From the sequence record OL615012: a DNA stretch of 64,000 nt; one strand, 5' to 3'. The position numbers were made by a program, and so were the translations under genes. Positions 1 through 9,160 of the stretch are shown here, in pieces (the stretch's first letter is position 1; each line of letters begins with the position of its first letter). This DNA is from Shigella phage vB_SboM_Phaginator. Under the pieces are notes generated by a model. That model was given only the letters and a program-made list of their open reading frames with translations, made no database searches and was not told where the DNA came from.

Positions 1-11
1 AATTTTCCTTA

Positions 12-2189
12 TTAGGCCGCAAGGGCCTTCATAGTTTTAGCGATTTGGGAAACTTCATCATCACTTAAAGAGTTGCGATAACCGATGAAGTCAGAAACAA
101 TACGGAATTTCTTGGTAAACTCAGCAACCATTTTATCACTATTTTTTGAAGCATTACGTGATAATTCATCAAAGAGATTAGTTACTGTCCAGATATCATG
201 ACCGATGGTATCTTTTCCACCGTTGAAATATACACCCTGTAATGAACTAACCATATTAGCGAGTCGTGTATATTCTTCAGAAACTTCATCTACACTGAAG
301 TACTTCATCATAAAATCTAACTCAGGATACTTGATAATTTTATCAATATATCGTTTAGCTGAACTTGAATAACCTACATACTTATCATAATCTACATCAT
401 CAAAAGCATCTACATATAAATCACGCAAAGCTTCAAAAATACATTGGCACTGACCGAGTTCTTTTACCTTTTTCTGTAAAAGCGGACGAATAACATAAAA
501 TTCATTAATGCCAATAAGATTAGCCATACGAATCAAAATATTCATAGATGGATGACAAAGCGATGTAGTACCATCCATAGAGAAAATATCAGAACGATGC
601 ATATACGCTACATAACCAGTAATTTCATCTGCTTCTGATGTGAGAGTAAACAGTTCCTCTTTTTCCCAGCGCCCGTCTTTAATTTCAAACTTAAATGCAG
701 TAGCAGCTTTAGGACGAGGAGCTGCACTTTTTACTACCTTTGGAATATAACTTTTAACTAAAGCTTCGATTTCTGACAAATAATGTATGTTAACTTCATC
801 ACTTTCAAACATTGCCATAATATCAGGAAGCAAATCAATCTGCGATTCTACTTCCGGATTAATAAACAGAAGACGCTCATTATGATGAATATTCAAAGTG
901 TTATTAAATTCACTATCATCTAATGCACGTGCTAATCCACGGACAATATTAACACGATTTTTAATATTATCAATAACAATATTAATTTTTGTCGTATTAA
1001 TACCAAACAGACGATAGCTTGACGCAACGGCTGAAGTTTCATGACTTTGCTTAATGCGTTTCAGTCGAGGGTCAAGATTTACTTCATACACCACGCCTGC
1101 ATTACATAACTTACTGTCAGGTTCAAACATGCTCTGCATCTTTTTATATGACAGATTTTTAGTCGTGAATTTGACTGAATTACTAATCATATAATCTCGA
1201 GCAGAATACCCCATCTTCATCAATTCACGATATGTGTGACGGGGAGATGTAGATTCTTTAAATCGTTTTACATCTTCATTAAATGCTTTCTCACTAAGCT
1301 CTTTAACTCGTTCAATAATATTTTTACGAGTACGATCATCCAATGAAAGAGCTTCACGTGATGGAGCAATATCAAGTGAACCCATTGGAAATTTAATGTA
1401 ATTCACTTCATTGCGAATGCTTAGCCAGTTACGGTCTCTAATAACACCATCGATAGGATAAACGATACCGCCGTAGATAGCATATAATCCACCACGATCA
1501 GGCCAGTATCTTTCTGGATTTACACCGTAATAATCATCAAAATCCGGAAAATAATCAATTTCGCGGTCAAGACCATTAATGATAGCCAAATCTTTGAACG
1601 GTCGCATGATATAAGAAACTTCATAAGCAAAGTTTCTAAAGTCTTTTTCTTCAACTGGAACTACGATTTCAATGCCAGTTTTATCATCTGGACCCATTTC
1701 TTTCACGAATGTAGGTTTAATTTGTGGACCATCACCATCCATGTAAGCTACATAACCACGAATTTCACCTTTATGATACGAAGTAATACTAAATGTATCA
1801 GTATAACTAAACGGAGATTTAGAACCTAAACCAAATCCGCCAATGAAATCGTTAGATTCAGCCTTAGATGAACTGAAGTATGAATTATACAAACCAGGAG
1901 AATTATCATCACCCTGAATATCAAAATCACTCATACCCGGACCAAAATCTCGGCAAACAAATCGTGGATCTAAACGTCCAGGAACTTGTATGATAAATTT
2001 TTCAGGATTTCCATTGAGAGCATGGGCATCAATCATGTTGGTAATCAATTCACGAACAACTGCGCGAATTTTGTTTGTATACAAATCAGATGACAGAATT
2101 TTAAATACTTTAGGAGATGCTGTGATGCTAAATGCTTTTGATTTAGAACCATTACCAAGAATTGTTTCTTTTTCAGTGGTGATAATCAT
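12..2189 (-). CDS. rIIA: rIIA protein (725 aa), GHKL-ATPase-like N-terminus
   Basis: 725-aa ORF at the same coordinates and length as T4 rIIA; motif [10 protein letters not shown] resembles a GHKL ATP-binding fold. Confidence 0.9.
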   Translation of the reverse strand: MIITTEKETILGNGSKSKAFSITASPKVFKILSSDLYTNKIRAVVRELITNMIDAHALNGNPEKFIIQVPGRLDPRFVCRDFGPGMSDFDIQGDDNSPGLYNSYFSSSKAESNDFIGGFGLGSKSPFSYTDTFSITSYHKGEIRGYVAYMDGDGPQIKPTFVKEMGPDDKTGIEIVVPVEEKDFRNFAYEVSYIMRPFKDLAIINGLDREIDYFPDFDDYYGVNPERYWPDRGGLYAIYGGIVYPIDGVIRDRNWLSIRNEVNYIKFPMGSLDIAPSREALSLDDRTRKNIIERVKELSEKAFNEDVKRFKESTSPRHTYRELMKMGYSARDYMISNSVKFTTKNLSYKKMQSMFEPDSKLCNAGVVYEVNLDPRLKRIKQSHETSAVASSYRLFGINTTKINIVIDNIKNRVNIVRGLARALDDSEFNNTLNIHHNERLLFINPEVESQIDLLPDIMAMFESDEVNIHYLSEIEALVKSYIPKVVKSAAPRPKAATAFKFEIKDGRWEKEELFTLTSEADEITGYVAYMHRSDIFSMDGTTSLCHPSMNILIRMANLIGINEFYVIRPLLQKKVKELGQCQCIFEALRDLYVDAFDDVDYDKYVGYSSSAKRYIDKIIKYPELDFMMKYFSVDEVSEEYTRLANMVSSLQGVYFNGGKDTIGHDIWTVTNLFDELSRNASKNSDKMVAEFTKKFRIVSDFIGYRNSLSDDEVSQIAKTMKALAA

Positions 2190-2199
2190 AATTTCCTCA

Positions 2200-2403
2200 T
2201 TAATTCATATTACGCTTAATAACTTCAGCAACTTCTAGTAGTTCATCTTTAGTTGCGGTGTCGGATTGAATTTTATCTCTAATATCTTTAAAGCGGTTTT
2301 TAAATTCTTCGGCTTCTCCCATATCGAAAAAACGTTGAATGATTCTATATTCTCGATGAACTGCTTTATCAAAAAGTTCTAAATTTACTTTATATGATTT
2401 CAT
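2200..2403 (-). CDS. rIIA.1: small acidic protein at the rIIA.1 position
   Basis: 67-aa ORF directly upstream of rIIA; ATG preceded by GAGGA; position matches T4 rIIA.1. Confidence 0.65.
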   Translation of the reverse strand: MKSYKVNLELFDKAVHREYRIIQRFFDMGEAEEFKNRFKDIRDKIQSDTATKDELLEVAEVIKRNMN

Positions 2404-2428
2404 TTCAATATCCTCATTTGCCCAATTA

Positions 2429-2458
2429 ATTATACCACATCCTTGTGGTAAAGTAAAC
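2429..2458 (-). promoter_or_regulatory. T4-type early promoter
   Basis: Minus strand reads GTTTAC-18 nt-TGGTATAAT; leader then GAGGA and the rIIA.1 ATG. Confidence 0.7.
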
Positions 2459-4278
2459 TACTGGCTCATCCATTCTTTACGAAGGTCAGCATTATCTCCC
2501 ATGAGCATTTCAAAAAGCTCTTTCCAATTCTCAGGAAGTTTAACAACATCATATACTGGGTTCTGAATCATCTCACGATATTCAGATTTTTCCAAAGAGC
2601 CAAGTCCCTTAATATAACGGATGCTATGTTTAGGTAGAGCATCTTTGGCACTCTCATATTCAGCGACTGTATAAAACCATTCTTGTTTTTTACCGACCTG
2701 AGCGATGATTACAGGAGTTTTGACAAAGCGAATTCGTCCTTGCTCAAACAGTTCTGGCCAATTACTAAAAAATCCGAGCAGAGAAGGATAAATGCTTCCT
2801 AAACCATCATGGTCAGCATCGGTCATAATAGCAATATTATGATAATTCAAGTTTTCAGCTTTTTCACCAAGAACTAATCCAGTGATTGCGCAAATATCAA
2901 ATAGTTCTTTGTTTTTAAGCATATCAGCATATGACATACCCCAACTGTTGAGAACTTTACCACGCAATGGATAACCACCATGAAGTTCTTTATCACGAAC
3001 ATCAATAAGATATCCGATAGCAGAATCACCCTCAGTCAAGAAAAGAGTAGTATCAGCATCTTTACCGCAAAGATTAGCTTTAATATGTTTATGAACCTTT
3101 GCCTTAGAAGCCTTTTTAGCTGCTTTAGTTTCTGCTGCTTTTTCTGCCGCTAATTTACGGGCCAAAGCAGCTTCAATAATCGGCATTAAAATTGCTTCAT
3201 TATTTAGAATAGCGCGTGAAATCTTTTTAGCATCAAGCTGAATATGACTACGAATTTCACCAAATGGAGAAGTCAAACGCTCTTTAGTTTGAGAATCAAA
3301 TCGCATGTTTTTCATATCACGAACAAACATAACGATAGTTAAACATTCTTTAACACGTGCTTTAGTCACATCAATTTTGAACTTACGTTTGATTTGTGGA
3401 ATAAGGTCTTCACAAATATCATCCATCACACAGTCAATGTGATGGCCACCATTCTTAGTGTGAATGTTATTCACATAAGTTAATTGGCGAAATCCATCCG
3501 GTGAACGACCAACCGCAATAGAACAATTTTCTTGTTCTTGAACAATAGCATGTTCATCATACTGTCGTGCATATTTCTTAAAATTGCCCTGAACCTTTTT
3601 ACCATTAAAGGTAAATTGAATATCAGGATAAACAACAGCAAGTGTCTGGAGACGATCTAGTGTAATGTCAAGATAAACTTGGGACAGCTCATTAGTTTCA
3701 AATGACATAAAATCAGGAATGAAAGTAACACGGGTTCCTTTCCATTTTCCAGGAATATCTTCCCATGATTTATTTTCCATGCCATTTGAACAACGAACTA
3801 CAATATTATTTTGACCGTCGCCAGTTTCACCGACAAACATCACAGAAAAAATGTTTGTCAAACTAGAACCAACACCGTTCATACCGCCGGTGACGCGTTC
3901 TTTATCATCACCAAAGTTACCACCTGCTTTTGGAATAGTCCACGCAGCAACAGGACCAGGAATTTCTTCACCGGTAGGTGTTTTAACCATCGCTTGTGGA
4001 ATACCACGACCGTTATCTTCAACTGTTACTTGATTGTTTTTGATAGTAACATTAATTTTATTCGCGAATTTAAACTTAGTACGAATACCTTCATCTACTG
4101 AGTTATCGATAATTTCATCAATAAGCTTAACAAGACCAGGTACATACTGAACACTTTCCCATTTACCAAACAGAAAGCGCTCATGCATTTCATTAGCAGA
4201 AGAGCCAATGTACATGCCACTACGCTTTTTGATATGTTCAATATCGCTCAGAATTTTAATTTCATTCTTAATCATCAC
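2458..4278 (-). CDS. 39: DNA topoisomerase II large subunit, single ORF covering T4 gp39 plus gp60
   Basis: 606-aa ORF with GyrB-like N-terminus (GMYIG, EDNGRGIP); T4 splits this into 39 and 60, T2-type phages have ~605-aa fused form. Confidence 0.9.
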   Translation of the reverse strand: MMIKNEIKILSDIEHIKKRSGMYIGSSANEMHERFLFGKWESVQYVPGLVKLIDEIIDNSVDEGIRTKFKFANKINVTIKNNQVTVEDNGRGIPQAMVKTPTGEEIPGPVAAWTIPKAGGNFGDDKERVTGGMNGVGSSLTNIFSVMFVGETGDGQNNIVVRCSNGMENKSWEDIPGKWKGTRVTFIPDFMSFETNELSQVYLDITLDRLQTLAVVYPDIQFTFNGKKVQGNFKKYARQYDEHAIVQEQENCSIAVGRSPDGFRQLTYVNNIHTKNGGHHIDCVMDDICEDLIPQIKRKFKIDVTKARVKECLTIVMFVRDMKNMRFDSQTKERLTSPFGEIRSHIQLDAKKISRAILNNEAILMPIIEAALARKLAAEKAAETKAAKKASKAKVHKHIKANLCGKDADTTLFLTEGDSAIGYLIDVRDKELHGGYPLRGKVLNSWGMSYADMLKNKELFDICAITGLVLGEKAENLNYHNIAIMTDADHDGLGSIYPSLLGFFSNWPELFEQGRIRFVKTPVIIAQVGKKQEWFYTVAEYESAKDALPKHSIRYIKGLGSLEKSEYREMIQNPVYDVVKLPENWKELFEMLMGDNADLRKEWMSQ

Positions 4279-4328
4279 TTATCCTCGTTTGGTTTCGGGA
4301 ATATTATACTCCGGCAATCATAAAGCTA

Positions 4329-4347
4329 AAGGCCCGAAGGCCTTTTA
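4329..4347 (-). terminator. stable tetraloop hairpin (AAAGGCC-CGAA-GGCCTTT)
   Basis: Perfect 7-bp stem with tetraloop immediately 3' of the interrupted ORF; T-run on plus side, so strand assignment uncertain. Confidence 0.45.
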
Positions 4348-4605
4348 TTTAAAACGAATAGTTGAATCCTTAAAGAACAGCCCAGAACATACTGTTCCTT
4401 CTACTTTCTGCCCAGTAGGTCCAATAGCACGAAATCCAGTATGTTGGAAATCATTTTCAGAGCAACCGAACTAGTTATATCCAGTGATTTCAATATTCGT
4501 AAAACCACTTGATGATAAAATTTTAGTTGCATTATCAGCATCAGTACATCCTACTAAAGATACTGCTAATACTAATGCTGCGATAGAACGATTAACATAT
4601 TTCAT
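4345..4605 (-). pseudogene. small lipoprotein-like ORF interrupted by an in-frame TAG
   Basis: ATG at 4605, MKYVNRSIAALVLAVSLVGC lipobox signal, 44 codons, TAG at 4471..4473, then 41 more codons in the same frame to TAA at 4345. Confidence 0.45.
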
Positions 4606-4610
4606 AATTT

Positions 4611-4982
4611 TCACTTAAATTTAATGGCTTGAAGGAGACTAATAATTCTTAAACGGCTTCTTTCATCTTTAACTGTAAAAGAAAGAGGGTCACCAGATTT
4701 CATAGTAATAGTACATTCAAAATCAAAATCTTCGGAAACTTCTTTGAAGAAGTCAAATTCTTCATCATAAATTAGAACATTACTCTGACAACTATGAAGA
4801 ATTTTTCCATCATTTCCAGATGCTGTACTAATCATTGTAACATTATGACCTTTCATATCTTCAACGATAAATTCACTAGTCAATATTACAGCATTAATAG
4901 AACTATTCCTATTACTAGCAGAAAGTAGATATTTCTGTTCTTCACCTTCACGAATGCGATATTTCTTACCAATTTTAAACAT
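4611..4982 (-). CDS. hypothetical protein (123 aa)
   Basis: ORF-track ORF co-directional in the early array between gene 39 and dexA. Confidence 0.6.
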   Translation of the reverse strand: MFKIGKKYRIREGEEQKYLLSASNRNSSINAVILTSEFIVEDMKGHNVTMISTASGNDGKILHSCQSNVLIYDEEFDFFKEVSEDFDFECTITMKSGDPLSFTVKDERSRLRIISLLQAIKFK

Positions 4983-4984
4983 AA

Positions 4985-5161
4985 TTACCCTTTAAGTAAG
5001 TCGTAAAAACCACCATTCACATGCTTAGGAGCAGAAGGCCGACGAGTAGACAAACGATGACATTTAGGGCAAACATCATTTTCTCGTTCAGAAATCTTTT
5101 TAATTTTTTCATATTCATGCCCACAATCTTCGGATTGGCATTTATAATCATACATTGGCAT
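4985..5161 (-). CDS. small zinc-ribbon protein (FmdB-like)
   Basis: Hand-translated 58-aa ORF MPMYDYKCQSEDCGHEYE...CPKC with two Cys pairs; fills the gap between two ORFs; below the 60-aa track cutoff. Confidence 0.5.
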   Translation of the reverse strand: MPMYDYKCQSEDCGHEYEKIKKISERENDVCPKCHRLSTRRPSAPKHVNGGFYDLLKG

Positions 5162-5163
5162 AA

Positions 5164-5571
5164 TTATTCCTTAAAGTGTGCTTTCAACATCTGATACAAG
5201 GACCATGCCTGTTCATTATTTTCAATAGTAACTTTCATTAAAGGAAAATCAGATGTATCAGTTACTGGTGCAGGTTCTTCAACTTCATCAACGATTGCAT
5301 TTGGGTCTTCAACTTCATCAAAAAACTGTGCATCATCTGCTAAAAGACAAATATAATTTTCACTTAAGATGTCTTCATATAAAAATAGTGTTCCACTAGA
5401 TGTCATAATTTTAGTTGGACTTTGAAGAGAATCAACATCCAAGATTTTAAAAGGATGCATACCTAAGCGCTGTGCATAAGTTCCATTCTCAATGTGGTCT
5501 TTAATAAAAGCTTCTTGGGCTTGTTTATTTTTGAATTGATACCATTTATTAACTTCAAATTTAATAGCCAT
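5164..5571 (-). CDS. hypothetical acidic protein (135 aa), at the T4 goF position
   Basis: ORF-track ORF; position relative to 39 and motB matches goF but sequence not recalled. Confidence 0.55.
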   Translation of the reverse strand: MAIKFEVNKWYQFKNKQAQEAFIKDHIENGTYAQRLGMHPFKILDVDSLQSPTKIMTSSGTLFLYEDILSENYICLLADDAQFFDEVEDPNAIVDEVEEPAPVTDTSDFPLMKVTIENNEQAWSLYQMLKAHFKE

Positions 5572-5786
5572 TAATAAATTTCCTTCCAGTAAGTTGTACC
5601 GTCTTCAGTGATTTCACGGAATACACCATAAATCGGTTGTTTATCACCAACCTTTTCATACACATAAACCGAAGTCAAGTGAGTAAACTTAATGGTGTGT
5701 TCCTTTTGAACTACTACCAAATCTGGATCGAATAATACATCTTCAAATTCGTCATTAGTACAATTCTGAACAATTTTACGTTTCAT
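5571..5786 (-). CDS. hypothetical protein (71 aa), at the T4 cef position
   Basis: 71-aa ORF, same length as T4 cef as I recall; ATGA-type overlap with the upstream gene. Confidence 0.55.
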   Translation of the reverse strand: MKRKIVQNCTNDEFEDVLFDPDLVVVQKEHTIKFTHLTSVYVYEKVGDKQPIYGVFREITEDGTTYWKEIY

Positions 5787-5799
5787 TACAATTTCCTCA

Positions 5800-6069
5800 T
5801 TAATTGAACAGTGGAGCGATGCGTTTCAGAAGAGTAGCAGCACCTTTGGCGAATTTTACATCATGAAAAACAGTTTCTTCTTCCGTTACAACACGAGCTT
5901 TAATGTTTTCACAATCCCAATTTTTACGAACAATCTTTAAAAGCTGCAGTAAATCTTTACATTCAGCAATATCGATAACACATCCACGAGAATCTTCCAT
6001 TATTGCACGATAACCGTAAGCCATACCATAATCGTTGAAAGATTGTTCGATGATGATTAAGTTTTCCAT
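5800..6069 (-). CDS. hypothetical protein (89 aa)
   Basis: ORF-track ORF trimmed to the ATG after GGAGAATAAA; the track start is a TTG inside the leader. Confidence 0.6.
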   Translation of the reverse strand: MENLIIIEQSFNDYGMAYGYRAIMEDSRGCVIDIAECKDLLQLLKIVRKNWDCENIKARVVTEEETVFHDVKFAKGAATLLKRIAPLFN

Positions 6070-6093
6070 TTTATTCTCCAAGTTGTTTTCTGT

Positions 6094-6136
6094 ATCAGTA
6101 GTTGATATTGATATAGTACCATAATCAACTACTGAT
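6094..6136. repeat. perfect 13-bp inverted repeat (ATCAGTAGTTGAT / ATCAACTACTGAT, 17-bp spacer) over a promoter -10
   Basis: Arms at 6094..6106 and 6124..6136 are exact reverse complements; spacer contains TGGTACTATAT. Confidence 0.6.
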
Positions 6137-6166
6137 GTATATAGTTTTATGAAAAAATTTTAAACT

Positions 6167-6655
6167 TTATGCATAGAGAGCATTGCTATAGTGTTTAATC
6201 CAACTTTCAGGAACGACTTTGTATGTTCCTAAAAATACCACGTTGTACAACTTAACGCCATCTTCTACCCATTGATCGGTAATGTATCCACACATAGCGC
6301 GAGTATAAACAGCCTTTCCATCATCTTTGATAAATTTAAATTCGCAAGGAGCAATGAACTTAATAGCTTGACCGAGTTTCCACTTAAAGTCTACACCTAC
6401 ATGCGAAGTATCAATCGTTTCAATTCCTTTAGCAGGAACAGCTTTCAAAAACGCAGATTCAAGAAATTTCGCACGAACATAGCCAAACTGGGGTTTAGAC
6501 TTTCCATCTTTAGGAATGATACGCACTTTTACTTCAGAATCTTCATCTTTAACACCGTGTTTAAGCTGAATGCTTACAACTTCGACCAATTTTCCTGCTG
6601 CTTTAGAGCGGGATTTATCAGATACACGAGCTAATTCACCAATATTAATAATCAT
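6167..6655 (-). CDS. motB: MotB-like protein (162 aa)
   Basis: 162-aa ORF at the T4 motB position and length; shares a C-terminal motif with the next ORF. Confidence 0.55.
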   Translation of the reverse strand: MIINIGELARVSDKSRSKAAGKLVEVVSIQLKHGVKDEDSEVKVRIIPKDGKSKPQFGYVRAKFLESAFLKAVPAKGIETIDTSHVGVDFKWKLGQAIKFIAPCEFKFIKDDGKAVYTRAMCGYITDQWVEDGVKLYNVVFLGTYKVVPESWIKHYSNALYA

Positions 6656-6699
6656 AGTTATCTCTCACTTGTTAAAAAGATTTTATACTCCACGGGACC

Positions 6700-6729
6700 A
6701 TTATACTCTGGTCCCAAGAGTTTGTAAAC
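6700..6729 (-). promoter_or_regulatory. T4-type early promoter
   Basis: Minus strand GTTTAC-18 nt-(GAG)TATAAT upstream of the motB-like ORF. Confidence 0.6.
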
Positions 6730-7166
6730 TAGCTTACACGAACATTAATCACTGCGCTGCGAGGAACTACAGAGTACTCTCCAGCATGAACTACGTTCAG
6801 AAGTTCAACACCATCTTCAATCCACTGATCAGTCACCCATCCACCCACAGGATTCGCGAATGGACGACGAATATAAACTGCCTTACACAGTAGATCAGTT
6901 GGATCTTCAGGTTTTTCAATTTCTGTCAATAGACTAAAATCTTTTTCATAAATAATAAGCGGTGATACCATTCCATAATAGTTTCTAATTTCAATATACA
7001 TCATACCGATAAGAATTCCGCTATTAACACTAATAACAGTAAAAGGATATCCGCCAGTTAAACCAAGAAGTTCACAAAACTTATTATGAGCTGTATTAGA
7101 CAGTACCGAAAAATTCTTAATTTCATCAAATTTTTTCAATTGATAAACAGCATTATTTTTAATCAT
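6729..7166 (-). CDS. hypothetical protein (145 aa) with MotB-like C-terminal motif
   Basis: C-terminus GGWVTDQWIEDGVELLNVVHAGEYSVVP parallels motB GYITDQWVEDGVKLYNVVFLGTYKVVP. Confidence 0.6.
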   Translation of the reverse strand: MIKNNAVYQLKKFDEIKNFSVLSNTAHNKFCELLGLTGGYPFTVISVNSGILIGMMYIEIRNYYGMVSPLIIYEKDFSLLTEIEKPEDPTDLLCKAVYIRRPFANPVGGWVTDQWIEDGVELLNVVHAGEYSVVPRSAVINVRVS

Positions 7167-7176
7167 AATTTTCTCT

Positions 7177-7680
7177 TTAATCTAAGGTAATAAAGCCTTT
7201 TAATTCGGCATGTGACTTGCGGAACATTACTTGATGCCCACCAATGATAACTTTATCTTCAGGTACTTCGTATACAGCGAGATAAAATCCTTTAGAAGCT
7301 AATTCTTCACGCTCTTCTCGTGTGAACCATCTCATCATATCATATTCACTAGCAAAAGCAAAATGATAAAGAGCTATAAACCATCCTGGAATATAGTGAT
7401 CTACGCCTACATATTCTTCTTTCTCAAAATTAGTATTAATTGTTATATTAGCATTTTTAACTAATAGTTTGTCTTCGTGCGGAAGAGGAATTCTTTTATT
7501 ATCATTACTATGATGCATAAAATTAGGTTTATCATAACCTACGTGTAATAACCACTCTTCGCTCCATGAATCTATTATACTCCTGTATGGCGTTATTTGA
7601 ACACAAAGATCTCGACGTATTGTTATAGCATCTTCATAATTAAGAATACTAAATGATGATTCAACACGATAAATTTTCAT
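7177..7680 (-). CDS. hypothetical protein (167 aa)
   Basis: ORF-track ORF trimmed to the ATG after GAGGATAATAAA; track start is TTG inside the promoter. Confidence 0.6.
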   Translation of the reverse strand: MKIYRVESSFSILNYEDAITIRRDLCVQITPYRSIIDSWSEEWLLHVGYDKPNFMHHSNDNKRIPLPHEDKLLVKNANITINTNFEKEEYVGVDHYIPGWFIALYHFAFASEYDMMRWFTREEREELASKGFYLAVYEVPEDKVIIGGHQVMFRKSHAELKGFITLD

Positions 7681-7707
7681 TTTATTATCCTCAGTAGCTA
7701 TGGTGTT

Positions 7708-7737
7708 ATAATACCACAACTAACCGAGGAAGTAAAC
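7708..7737 (-). promoter_or_regulatory. T4-type early promoter
   Basis: Minus strand GTTTAC-18 nt-TGGTATTAT. Confidence 0.6.
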
Positions 7738-7743
7738 AACTTT

Positions 7744-8427
7744 TTATCGTTTTGTTGGAAGAGATAGAGGATCGCATTCTTCCTCTGATGGAGCGTCTTC
7801 AAGACCCATAGCATAGCGCAAAGCATACTTCATCATCAGGATGTCTTTCGCACAGTCATGAATAGAATCATGCGCAACGAATCCATCTAAAGTTCCTTTT
7901 GGAAGAGGACACGTGGTCATATCACGAACAAGGAGAAGTGCTTCAATTCTGGTACGAATATCACGCTGATTCCAGAATTTACACGGTTCTAACTTAAATG
8001 TATCAAGCTCATTCTCGGAAACGCCGTTAAGACGTTGAATATCGCGAATGAGATCGACTAAAATTGGAAAATCAAACGACATTCCACGGCACCAACCCTG
8101 AGATTTCCAAGGATCGATATTATGCGCATTGATGTAATCATTAAATTTTGCAATACCGTCGATAGTGCTTACATCTTCATCTGATGGTGCAATATTTTTT
8201 CGAGCTTCAGGAGATTGATTTTTCCACCATTCGATAGTGCTTTTAGTAAAAAGACGATGTCCTTTTTGGCTTTTTAAATCAAATTTGATTTTAATGCCAC
8301 GTGAAACTAATTCATCAAATGTTTCAACTACTTCTGGATTAGGGTCAAAGGCAATAACAGCCAAATCAATAACAGCTGCCTTTTCACCGCTTCCCATTGT
8401 TTCAAAATCTATAATAAAATCAAACAT
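7744..8427 (-). CDS. dexA: exonuclease A (DexA)
   Basis: 227-aa ORF, same length and position as T4 DexA; DEDD-like N-terminus MFDFIIDFET. Confidence 0.85.
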   Translation of the reverse strand: MFDFIIDFETMGSGEKAAVIDLAVIAFDPNPEVVETFDELVSRGIKIKFDLKSQKGHRLFTKSTIEWWKNQSPEARKNIAPSDEDVSTIDGIAKFNDYINAHNIDPWKSQGWCRGMSFDFPILVDLIRDIQRLNGVSENELDTFKLEPCKFWNQRDIRTRIEALLLVRDMTTCPLPKGTLDGFVAHDSIHDCAKDILMMKYALRYAMGLEDAPSEEECDPLSLPTKR

Positions 8428-8702
8428 TAAATTTTCCTTGCTAAATCGCGAATTTGACCTACAGTATAATCTTGGATATAAACTTTATTAATAGGCTCAT
8501 CAATAAATTTTGCCATAGATTCAATATCTTTTTGCATCTCTTCAAGACTGTATATTATCTTTAAAGCTTTTTCGCGAATAGTAATATTTTCAGGACCAGA
8601 ATTTTTCTCAATGACAGCTTTAACATTTGTCATAAGAGATTTAAACTGATGCAAACTTAATTCAATCATTAATAACCGCCTTATAAAGATGGCTAATTTC
8701 AC
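8427..8702 (-). CDS. hypothetical protein (91 aa)
   Basis: ORF-track ORF between dexA and dda; start may be an internal Met. Confidence 0.5.
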   Translation of the reverse strand: MKLAIFIRRLLMIELSLHQFKSLMTNVKAVIEKNSGPENITIREKALKIIYSLEEMQKDIESMAKFIDEPINKVYIQDYTVGQIRDLARKI

Positions 8703-8922
8703 CTAAAACATAATCACTGATTGTGACAGTTTTCACTTCACCACAAAAGAATTCTAACGCAATTAAATCTCGTTCAATTTCTTCTAATTGAAGAATTAAC
8801 TTGCCAGATTCAACTTTTACATTTCTACGATTTTTACTATAAGCTATTTCATAAATTTCGCTCACTTTATCTTGAAGCAGATAAAACTGGTCTTTAGTTA
8901 TTTCCACGAATAGCTTCCTCAA
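8662..8922 (-). CDS. hypothetical protein (86 aa)
   Basis: ORF-track ORF between dexA and dda. Confidence 0.5.
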   Translation of the reverse strand: MRKLFVEITKDQFYLLQDKVSEIYEIAYSKNRRNVKVESGKLILQLEEIERDLIALEFFCGEVKTVTISDYVLGEISHLYKAVIND

Positions 8923-9154
8923 ATTTAATTAGTAATTTACAGACACTTTCATCTAGTGTAATTACCGTATCTGTATTACTGTGATATGATTGTTTTTCAA
9001 TTCGTTTAATTGCTAATATAGTATCACTTATAAGATAAAGCTTATGAAGGAGCTCAGCTCCTGTTACCATAACATCGAGATTATCTTGCTTATTAGTATG
9101 CTTCCTTATACCATCTATTAGACGATTTAAATATTTTGAATTGATGTTAATCAT
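8894..9154 (-). CDS. hypothetical protein (86 aa)
   Basis: ORF-track ORF immediately downstream of dda. Confidence 0.5.
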   Translation of the reverse strand: MININSKYLNRLIDGIRKHTNKQDNLDVMVTGAELLHKLYLISDTILAIKRIEKQSYHSNTDTVITLDESVCKLLIKFEEAIRGNN

Positions 9155-9160
9155 ATAGCC

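Noticed and set aside
14-28. GGCC-GCAA-GGCC hairpin at the rIIA 3' end
   Set aside because: Lies inside the last rIIA codons with no U-tract; downstream sequence looks like the RBS of the next gene beyond the window, so not a terminator
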